NCBI GenBank assembly: GCA_965219085.1
Contig: OZ244720.1
Coordinates: 2,144,001 to 2,208,000, forward strand
Reading direction: 5' to 3'
From: Dehalococcoidia bacterium
GTDB taxonomy: Bacteria > Chloroflexota > Dehalococcoidia > UBA2979
DNA length: 64,000 nt
Shown here: piece by piece, positions 1-7,267 of the stretch
Numbering within the stretch: the first letter of the stretch is position 1
How the letters are laid out: every line of letters starts with the position of its first letter
Made by a program: the position numbers and the translations under genes
Notes under the pieces: generated by a model
What the model was told of the DNA's origin: nothing
What the model saw: the letters and a program-made list of their open reading frames with translations, nothing else
Database searches by the model: none

Positions 1-306
1 GCCCGAGAGCAGCGCCGCGAGGGGCCCGGCCACCTCGGCGACCACGTCGCCGGCCTCGATCGATGCGCCGTCTGCGGCATGCGCCGTGAGCGCGAGGTCG
101 GCGCTCATCTGCGCGAACGTCTCACGCACGATGTCGAGCCCGCACACCACACCGCGCTGCTTGGCGAGGAAGGTGCCGCGCCCGCGCTGGCCGGGGGCCA
201 CCGTGATGCGCGTCGTCACATCCTGGCGGGCGCGGTCCTCCGCGAGCGCCATCTGCACGACGCGCCGCACAGCGTCCGGGTCGGGGGGTGCGATGTGCAG
301 CTCCAT
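1..306 (-). CDS. nadC: Nicotinate-nucleotide diphosphorylase (quinolinate phosphoribosyltransferase), N-terminal part; runs off the window
   Basis: Manual translation from ATG at 306: MELHIAPPDPDAVRRVVQMALAEDRARQDVTT...AKQRGVVCGL...GDVVAEVAGPLAALLSG, a typical NadC N-terminus; directly downstream of nadB. Confidence 0.9.
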   Translation of the reverse strand, partial: MELHIAPPDPDAVRRVVQMALAEDRARQDVTTRITVAPGQRGRGTFLAKQRGVVCGLDIVRETFAQMSADLALTAHAADGASIEAGDVVAEVAGPLAALLSG

Positions 307-326
307 GTCTCGCCTCGCTACTCGTC

Positions 327-1895
327 CTACTCCCCGGTGCGGAACACGAGGTGGCGACGCCACGCCTCGAGCGGTTCCGGGAAGTCGCGCCGGTAGTGCG
401 CGCCGCGCGACTCCTCGCGCAGCAGCGCGGCCGACGCCGCCAGTCGCCCGCACGTGATGAACGAGCGCAACTCGTGGTCCTCGCGCGTGCGCTCAGCGGG
501 CAGCGCCGCGTCGAACGCCGCGAGCCGCGCCGCGGCGTCGGCGAGCCCTTCGGCGTCGCGCTCGATGCCGACCTGCGCCCACATCAGGCGCTGTACGGCC
601 TCGCGCGTCGGCGGCTCCGTCGACGCCCCCGCGGTGGGGGCCAGCGTGCGCGCATCGGGCGAGGGCGCGGGCGGTCCCTCGCCGCCGTGACCGGCGAACA
701 GCATGTCGGAGAGGCGGCGCGCGAAGACGACGGACTCAAGCAGGGAGTTGCTGGCGAGACGGTTCGCGCCGTGTACGCCCGTCGAGGTCACCTCGCCGAC
801 GGCGTACAGCCCCGGCAGCGTGGTCTCGCCCCACGTGTTCGTGCGCACGCCGCCCATGGTGTAGTGCGCGGCGGGCGAGACGGGGATCGGGTCGCGCGCC
901 ATGTCGATGCCCGACTCCATGCACGTGCGATAGATGTTCGGGAAGCGCGCAGCGAGCCAGTCGGCGTCGTGTGCGGTCGCGTCGAGGTAGACGCAGTCGG
1001 CGGCCGTCGCTCGCATCCGCGCCACCGCCGCGCGCGCAACCACGTTGCGCGGCGCGAGTTCGGCCTGCGGGTGTATCGCGCGCATGAACCGCTCGCCGTT
1101 GGCGTCGAGGAGCAGCGCGCCCTCGCCGCGCACGGCCTCCGAGATGAGGAACACGGGCGCGTCCGGGCGGTGCATCGCCGTCGGGTGGAACTGCGTGAAT
1201 TCCATGTCACGCACCTCGGCCCCCGCGCGGAACGCGAGGGCCACGCCGTCGCCGGTTGCGGACTCGATGTTCGTGGTGAAGCGGTAGAGGCGGCCCGCGC
1301 CGCCCGTGGCGAGCACGACGTTCGGCGACTCGCAGCGCAAGGCTGCGCCGTCACCGAGCATCGCCTCGACGCCCATTGCCCGGCCGTCCTCGACGAGGAT
1401 GCGCTCGACGGGCGCGTGCTCGATCACGGTGATGCCGTGGCGCTGCACGAGCGAGGACAGCGACAGCTCGATCTCGAGGCCCGTCTGGTCGCCGCGCGCG
1501 CGCAGCACGCGGCGGCCGGCGTGTGCCCCCTCGCGGCCGAGCGAGATGCTCCCGCCGTCGGTATCGAAGCGCACGCCGTAGCGCACGAGGTCTGCGACGC
1601 GGCCAGGCGCCTCGGTGCAGAGCACGCGCGCGGCCGCCTCGTCGACGAGGCCGGCGCCAGCCTCGATGGTGTCGCGGAGGTGCTGCTCGGGGGAGTCGTG
1701 CTCGTCGATGGCGGCGGCGATGCCGCCCTGGGCGTAGCGCGTGTTCGCCTCGTCGATCGCGCCCTTGGTGACGATCACCGCGCTCGCGCCGCGCTCGCTC
1801 GCCTGCAGCGCGACGAAGAGCCCGGCGATGCCGGACCCCACGATGAGCACGTCGGCGCTCAGCGTGCGGGCGGCGGGCGTCTCCGGGTCGGGCAC
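327..1895 (-). CDS. nadB: L-aspartate oxidase
   Basis: GSGIAG FAD motif, YAQGGIAA, QFHPT, HYTMGG, GVHGANRLASNSLLE, ESRGAH; located in the nad cluster. Confidence 0.95.
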   Translation of the reverse strand: MPDPETPAARTLSADVLIVGSGIAGLFVALQASERGASAVIVTKGAIDEANTRYAQGGIAAAIDEHDSPEQHLRDTIEAGAGLVDEAAARVLCTEAPGRVADLVRYGVRFDTDGGSISLGREGAHAGRRVLRARGDQTGLEIELSLSSLVQRHGITVIEHAPVERILVEDGRAMGVEAMLGDGAALRCESPNVVLATGGAGRLYRFTTNIESATGDGVALAFRAGAEVRDMEFTQFHPTAMHRPDAPVFLISEAVRGEGALLLDANGERFMRAIHPQAELAPRNVVARAAVARMRATAADCVYLDATAHDADWLAARFPNIYRTCMESGIDMARDPIPVSPAAHYTMGGVRTNTWGETTLPGLYAVGEVTSTGVHGANRLASNSLLESVVFARRLSDMLFAGHGGEGPPAPSPDARTLAPTAGASTEPPTREAVQRLMWAQVGIERDAEGLADAAARLAAFDAALPAERTREDHELRSFITCGRLAASAALLREESRGAHYRRDFPEPLEAWRRHLVFRTGE

Positions 1896-1899
1896 GTCA

Positions 1900-2337
1900 C
1901 TACTCGCCGATCTCGACGGCGGGTTCGTAGGCGCGGATCGCCTCGACGATGGCGGGCCAGTCGGCGGGCGTTTCGGCGCGGCCGCTCTGGGCGTTCACGT
2001 AAGCGTAGCGGTGCGTCATGCGCGCGACGGTCTGCCCGCTGGACGCGGCGGCGACCTCGCACTCGAACGTCAGGCGGCCCGGGCGCAGCTCCGAGCAGCG
2101 CATGCGCACGATCGCGGCGTCGTCCCAGCGCAGCGGCGCGAGGTAGCGCACCTCGCTGCTCGCCTGGAAGCGCAGCACGTCGCGGTGGCTCGGGATGCCG
2201 GCCTCGCGGTCGTACGCCTCGAGGGCGATCTCGGTGAGGGCGAGCAGCACCCCTCCGTGCACGAACGGCGTGCCGCCGAAGCTGTCGGTGTGCCGCAGCG
2301 GGAGGCGTGTCTCGAAGCGGTAGCCGGGCTCAGGCAC
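1900..2337 (-). CDS. Hotdog-fold acyl-CoA thioesterase (4HBT/YbgC-like)
   Basis: 145 aa; LR.TDSFG...H, VRYLAPLRWDD; overlaps the nadA stop. Confidence 0.7.
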   Translation of the reverse strand: MPEPGYRFETRLPLRHTDSFGGTPFVHGGVLLALTEIALEAYDREAGIPSHRDVLRFQASSEVRYLAPLRWDDAAIVRMRCSELRPGRLTFECEVAAASSGQTVARMTHRYAYVNAQSGRAETPADWPAIVEAIRAYEPAVEIGE

Positions 2338-3547
2338 CGGCCCGGCGCAGCGCCAGCATGCGCTCGAGGGCGACCCGCGCCATCGCGCTGTCCTCCTCGG
2401 GCACCACGAGCCGGTTCACGACCCGCCCCTCGGCCAGCGACTCCGTCACCCACGCGAGGTACGCCGGGTGCACGCGGTACATCGTGCTGCACGGGCAGAC
2501 CACGGGGTCGAGGCAGAACACCGTCTTGTCGGGGTGCTCCTTCGCGAGCCGCGAGACGAGGTTGATCTCGGTGCCGATGCCGATCACCGCGCCCGCGGGC
2601 GCCTCGGCGACGTAACGCGCGATGTACGCCGTCGAGCCGGTCGCGTCGGCCGCCTCGACGACCTCGTAGCGGCACTCGGGGTGGACGACGATACGCGCGT
2701 CCGGGTACTGCTCACGCGCGGCGTCGATCTGCGTCGTGCTGAAGCGCTGGTGCACCGAGCAGTGGCCCTGCCAGAGGATGATGCGCGAGCGTTCGAGGGC
2801 CTCCTCGGTGGCGCCGCCGAGGTTGCCGGCGGGCAGCCGCCAGTTCCACAGCGTCATCTCCTCGAGCGGCACGCCCATCGCGTGGCCCGTGTTGCGGCCG
2901 AGGTGCTGGTCGGGGAAGAAGAAGACGCGCTTGCCCTGCGTGAACGCCCACTCGAGCACCTCGACGGCGTTCGACGAGGTGCAGACGACGCCGCCGTGCT
3001 CGCCGCAGAACGCCTTCAGCGAGGCGGCCGAGTTCATGTAGGTGACGGGGATGATGTCGTCGCCGCTGCCGAAGAGGTCCTCGAGCTCGCGCCAGGCGGC
3101 GCGCACGTCGCCGGGCGCGGCCATGTCGGCCATCGAGCAGCCGGCCTCCATGTTGGGCAGCACGACCTGCTGGTGTGGCGCCGAGAGGATGTCGGCGGCC
3201 TCGGCCATGAAGTGCACTCCGCAGAAGATGATGAATTCGGACTCCGGCCGCTCCGCCGCGTACTGCGCGAGCATGAACGAGTCGCCGCGCTCGTCGGCGA
3301 ACCGGATGATGTCCTCGCGCTGGTAGTGGTGCCCGAGCACGACCGCGCGATCGCCGAGGGCCGCACGGGCGGCCTCGATGCGCGCGACGAGCTCCTCGGA
3401 GCCGAGCGCGTGGTACGCGTCGGGGATGTCGAGCTGCCAGGAGCCGAACGAGACCTCGCTGGTCAGCGGGATCGTGTCGATGCCGACGTCGGACTCGCAC
3501 TGGAGCTGCGCGATGAGGGGGGTTCCGGGGGCGATGGTGGTCACCAT
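2330..3547 (-). CDS. nadA: Quinolinate synthase
   Basis: LGHHYQR, FCGVHFMAE, AGCSMADM, TYMNS, CTSSNA, CSVH, HPEC, CPCSTM. Confidence 0.95.
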   Translation of the reverse strand: MVTTIAPGTPLIAQLQCESDVGIDTIPLTSEVSFGSWQLDIPDAYHALGSEELVARIEAARAALGDRAVVLGHHYQREDIIRFADERGDSFMLAQYAAERPESEFIIFCGVHFMAEAADILSAPHQQVVLPNMEAGCSMADMAAPGDVRAAWRELEDLFGSGDDIIPVTYMNSAASLKAFCGEHGGVVCTSSNAVEVLEWAFTQGKRVFFFPDQHLGRNTGHAMGVPLEEMTLWNWRLPAGNLGGATEEALERSRIILWQGHCSVHQRFSTTQIDAAREQYPDARIVVHPECRYEVVEAADATGSTAYIARYVAEAPAGAVIGIGTEINLVSRLAKEHPDKTVFCLDPVVCPCSTMYRVHPAYLAWVTESLAEGRVVNRLVVPEEDSAMARVALERMLALRRAGA

Positions 3548-3608
3548 AACGAGGTCCTATCGCCGGTACGGCGATGGCGCGACCCGGGCGCGGCAGCCAT
3601 CCGGCATA

Positions 3609-3631
3609 CTTAGTGTACTGAGTACGCTAAG
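3609..3631. promoter_or_regulatory. NrtR operator
   Basis: Near-perfect AT-rich palindrome CTTAGTGT-ACTGAGT-ACGCTAAG with the GT-N7-AC NrtR core, about 60 bp upstream of nadA; an nrtR gene lies nearby. Confidence 0.8.
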
Positions 3632-3704
3632 ACTTCGTGTACATCGTACGCCTACACGCGCAGGGGCGTCAACGATCCGGGGAGCGCGACGGGTCGAGCC
3701 AGCG

Positions 3705-3995
3705 CTACGCGCGCGCGGCAGCGGTGGGTAGCTCGCGGACGGCCGCGCCCACCGACCGGTCAGCGGCGGCGAGGTCGAACTGAGTCTGGAGATTCAGCCA
3801 GAACTGGGGATCGACGCCGAACCAGTGCCCGAACCGCAGGGCGGTGTCGCCGGTCACGGTGCGCTTGCCGGCGATGATCTGGCTGATGCGGTTGGGAGGC
3901 ACATCGATCTGGCGGGCGAACTCCGTGGGGGTTACGTCGAACTCCGCGAGTTCGCCCTTGAGTACCTCGCCCGGGTGTACGGCTCTCCTGAACAC
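3705..3995 (-). CDS. higA: HigA family antitoxin (HTH)
   Basis: VHPGEVLK...ISQIIAGKRTVTGDTALRF...PQFWLNLQ. Confidence 0.9.
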   Translation of the reverse strand: MFRRAVHPGEVLKGELAEFDVTPTEFARQIDVPPNRISQIIAGKRTVTGDTALRFGHWFGVDPQFWLNLQTQFDLAAADRSVGAAVRELPTAAARA

Positions 3996-4010
3996 CGATT
4001 CACCTCTTCC

Positions 4011-4295
4011 CTAATGGTAGTCGACGATCTCGACATCCGCCGGACCCGGTTGCCCATCGGGCCACGTGAAGCAGATGCGCCACTGCTGGTTGATCCGAAT
4101 CGAGTACTGCCCTGCCCTTGTGCCCCGCAGCGCCTCAAGGCGATTGCTCGGCAGGCCCCGCAACGTGTCCAACGAGGGTGCGGCATTCAGGATGGAGAGG
4201 CGCCTCGCTGCTTGTTCGTTGAATCCCTGGAATGCCGCGACGAACGCACCACCGGCAAACGATTCGGTCCGCCTGTTCCGGTAGCCGAGAATCAT
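4011..4295 (-). CDS. higB: HigB/RelE family toxin
   Basis: PSNRLEALRG...QYSIRINQQWRICF...VEIVDYH; toxin upstream of antitoxin. Confidence 0.9.
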   Translation of the reverse strand: MILGYRNRRTESFAGGAFVAAFQGFNEQAARRLSILNAAPSLDTLRGLPSNRLEALRGTRAGQYSIRINQQWRICFTWPDGQPGPADVEIVDYH

Positions 4296-4389
4296 GCTGG
4301 GTTAGCGTAGGAGCGACTGACGATGTACGTCAAGCGTACATGAGTCGACTGGAGCCCTTTACCTTTTCTCTGCAGCCTGGGTAGCTTCC

Positions 4390-4415
4390 CGCGCAACGTG
4401 AAGCGTTCGGGCAGC
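4390..4415 (-). repeat. Displaced fragment of nrtR coding sequence (copy of 5225-5250)
   Basis: cgcgcaacgtgaagcgttcgggcagc vs cgcgcagcgtgaagcgctcgggcagc: 24/26 identical, both differences synonymous (LPERFTLR). Confidence 0.7.
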
Positions 4416-4455
4416 GAGTTCGAGTCTGGTAGACTTAGCCCACTGGATCGGACTA

Positions 4456-4710
4456 ATGCAGGAGACGGCCGTGCGCGTAGTCAATATGCATGAAGCCAAG
4501 TCGCAACTCTCCAAGCTCGTACAGGCCGCAGTCGACGGCGAGCCCTTCGTCATCGCGCGCGCCGGCGAGCCGCTCGTCAAGGTCGTCGCACTTGATGCCC
4601 CGACGACCGGCGGACGCCGAACCGGGTTCCTGCGCGGCTTCCTGGTGCCGGACGACTTCGACCGGATGGGCGCCGACGAGATCCAGGCGACGTTCGAGGG
4701 GCGCTCGTGA
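4456..4710 (+). CDS. Phd/YefM family antitoxin (true start may be a few codons downstream)
   Basis: VNMHEAKSQLSKLV...GEPFVIARAGEPLVKV; overlaps the PIN toxin start (GTGA). Confidence 0.85.
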   Translation: MQETAVRVVNMHEAKSQLSKLVQAAVDGEPFVIARAGEPLVKVVALDAPTTGGRRTGFLRGFLVPDDFDRMGADEIQATFEGRS

Positions 4711-5021
4711 GGCTTCTGCTCGACACGCACCTCCTGCTCTGGGCTGCCGCCGCGTCGCTATGGGAGGTCGCCATCAAGTTCGGGCTGACGCGCGACGACT
4801 TCACCGTCGACCCGCGACTGCTGCGCCGGGCGCTGCTGGAGCACGGGTATACCGAATTGGCCGTCACGGGCGCTCACGCCGTGGCCGTCGACCTGCTGCC
4901 GCCCATTCACGGCGACCCGTTCGACCGGCTCCTCGTCGCGCAGGCACAGATCGAGGCGATCACGCTGCTCACTGCGGATGGAATCGTCGGGCGCTATCCG
5001 GGTCCTATCCGAATGGTCTGA
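4707..5021 (+). pseudogene. vapC: VapC/PIN toxin with an apparent in-frame internal deletion
   Basis: LLLDTHLLLWAAA is joined directly to ASLWEVAIK; HGDPFDRLLVAQA and LLTAD present; only 104 aa. Confidence 0.65.
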
Positions 5022-5048
5022 ACGCCGGGCCCCCGGCGGAGCCACTCC

Positions 5049-5720
5049 CTACAGGAAGACCGGCTCGCGCGTGGTGAAGCGGTAGAGCCGCGCCGGCCGG
5101 TGCGCGCCCTCGCGACGCACCTCGTCGGTGGGCTCGATCATGACGTTGCCGAGCATGCGCTTGCGGAAGTTGCGACGGTCGAGGCCCTCCCCGCCGAGGA
5201 TCGCCTCGTACGTCGCCTGCAGCTCGCGCAGCGTGAAGCGCTCGGGCAGCAGCCCGTAGGCGATGTTCGTGTAGTCCAGCTTCGCGCGGACGCGCTCGAC
5301 GGCCTGTTCGATCACGCGGTTGTTCTCGAACGCCAGTCGCGGCAGCTCGCCGACGGGGCGCCAGTCGGGACGCCACGCGTCGCCCGGCTCGGCGCGCAGC
5401 CGCACGGCGCTCGCGTCGACGAGGGCGAAGTAGGCGATCGCCACGCTCGGCTGGGTGGGGTCGAGCCCGGACTGCGTGAAGAGCTGCTCGAGGTACACGT
5501 CGCTTGCGCCGGTCTCCTCGACGAGCTTGGCCGCCGCGGCCGCGTCGAGCGACTGGCTGCCATCCCAGTGCCCGCCGGGGAGCGCCCACGTGCCCGCCTC
5601 GGGATCCGCGTCGCGGTGCACGAGCAGCACCTGCAGGCGACCCTCGATGATCGCGAAGATCACGACGATCGTGGCCACGGCCGGCGTGTCGGGCGGCGTC
5701 GGATGCTGGGGGGCGGGCAC
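5049..5720 (-). CDS. nrtR: NrtR (Nudix + winged-helix) NAD-metabolism regulator
   Basis: WALPGG with degenerate Nudix box, YLEQLFT, FTLRELQ..YE.IL, DRRNFRKR, RPARLY; GTG start at 5720 chosen because the longer ORF overlaps miaB. Confidence 0.9.
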   Translation of the reverse strand: MPAPQHPTPPDTPAVATIVVIFAIIEGRLQVLLVHRDADPEAGTWALPGGHWDGSQSLDAAAAAKLVEETGASDVYLEQLFTQSGLDPTQPSVAIAYFALVDASAVRLRAEPGDAWRPDWRPVGELPRLAFENNRVIEQAVERVRAKLDYTNIAYGLLPERFTLRELQATYEAILGGEGLDRRNFRKRMLGNVMIEPTDEVRREGAHRPARLYRFTTREPVFL

Positions 5721-5734
5721 GGTGCGTCTACCCG

Positions 5735-7081
5735 CTAGAGCACCGTGAGCGGCACGTCGCCGAAGCGGTGCGCCGCCGCGCGGCTGCCGCGCAGCGACCA
5801 CGGCGTGGCCTCGGCGATGGCCACGTCGACGAGCGAGCCGACGAGGTCCTGCCCCGCGAAGTGCACGAGCTGCCCGCCGCGCGCGCGGCCCGTGGCGACC
5901 ATCACGCCGTCGCGGTCCTGCTCGCGCTCCACGAGCACATCGAGGGTGCGGCCGATGAGGCGGTCGTGCTTCGCGGCGGCACTCCGGGCGTGGATCGCCT
6001 CGACGACCTTGAGGCGCTCCTTCTTGACCTCGCGCGGCACGTCGTCCTCGAGCTTGCGGTACGCGTACGTGCCCGGCCGCGGCGAGTAGGCAGCGGCGTG
6101 GATCACGTCGAACTGCAGCCGCTCGAGCAGGTCGACGGTGCTCTGGAACTCGCCCGCGGTCTCGCCGGGGCAGCCGACGATCACGTCCGTGGCGATCGAG
6201 GCCTCCGGCATGCGCGAGCGAATGCGATCAAGGCGCTCCTCGTACTCGGCGACGGTGTAGCCGCGCCGCATCCGCTCGAGCATGCGGTCGTCGCCGGACT
6301 GCACGGGGATGTTGAAGTGCTCGCAGACCTTCGGCAGGTCCGCGACGGCGTCGATGATGCGGTCGGTCATGTCCTTCGGGTACGAGGTCAGGAAGCGCAC
6401 GCGCTCGATGCCGTCGACCTCCTCGATGCCCTCGAACAGCGTGGCGAGGTCGGCGTCGGCGTCGAGGTCGTGGCCGTAGGCCTCGACGGTCTGCCCGAGC
6501 AGGGTCACCTCGCGCACGCCGAGCATGGCAAGGTGCCGCACCTCGGCGAGCACGTCGCCCGGCTCGCGCGACTCCTCGCGGCCCCGGCGCAGCGGGACGA
6601 TGCAGTAGGTGCAGAACTTGTCGCAGCCGTGGATCACGGGCACGAACGCGGTCGGGCCCGTCGGCGCGCCGTAGGTCTCGACCCAGAACTCGCCCTCGGA
6701 GACGTCACGCTCGCCGCCGCCGCGTTCCAGCGCCGCGTCGAGCACGGGCTCGAACTGCTGGGGCCGCGCCCACACGTCGACCCACGGGAAGCGTCGTTCG
6801 AGGGCTGCGCGTTGCGAGTCGCCCTCGGGGCCGACCATGCAGCCCATGACGGCGATCTGCAGCTCCTCGCCGCGGTCGCGGCGCTGCCGGAGGTGGTGGA
6901 GCCGCCCGTAGGCGCGGTCCTCGGCGTGCTGGCGCACGGAGCACGTGTTGACGACGGCGAGGTCGGCGCGGTCGGGGTCGTCGGCGGCGGCGTACCCGAT
7001 CTTCTCGAGCCCGGCGATGAGCTTGAGGGAGTCGGCCTGGTTCATCTGGCAGCCGAGGGTCCACACATGGTAGGTCGGCAC
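5735..7081 (-). CDS. miaB: tRNA-i6A37 methylthiotransferase
   Basis: TLGCQMN, NTCSVR, GCDKFCTYC radical-SAM motif, C-terminal TRAM domain; GTG start at 7081. Confidence 0.92.
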   Translation of the reverse strand: MPTYHVWTLGCQMNQADSLKLIAGLEKIGYAAADDPDRADLAVVNTCSVRQHAEDRAYGRLHHLRQRRDRGEELQIAVMGCMVGPEGDSQRAALERRFPWVDVWARPQQFEPVLDAALERGGGERDVSEGEFWVETYGAPTGPTAFVPVIHGCDKFCTYCIVPLRRGREESREPGDVLAEVRHLAMLGVREVTLLGQTVEAYGHDLDADADLATLFEGIEEVDGIERVRFLTSYPKDMTDRIIDAVADLPKVCEHFNIPVQSGDDRMLERMRRGYTVAEYEERLDRIRSRMPEASIATDVIVGCPGETAGEFQSTVDLLERLQFDVIHAAAYSPRPGTYAYRKLEDDVPREVKKERLKVVEAIHARSAAAKHDRLIGRTLDVLVEREQDRDGVMVATGRARGGQLVHFAGQDLVGSLVDVAIAEATPWSLRGSRAAAHRFGDVPLTVL

Positions 7082-7125
7082 GGGTCGCCCCTCGATTGGC
7101 CCTCGATGGTAGTGCGGGTTGTTGC

Positions 7126-7214
7126 TGGCGGAGGGGGCGGGATTCGAACCCGCGATCCCGAGAAGGGATAAGCGCTTAGCAGGCGCCCGCACTAGGCCAC
7201 TATGCGACCCCTCC
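7126..7214 (-). tRNA. tRNA-Ser(GCT)
   Basis: GGAGGGG acceptor stem, anticodon loop CT-GCT-AA, long variable arm, GGTTCGAATCC T-loop, encoded CCA. Confidence 0.95.
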
Positions 7215-7267
7215 GGAGAGATCGTAGGGGGGTGGGGGTCAGGCGGGCAAGCGGGGCAGTCGTGCGG

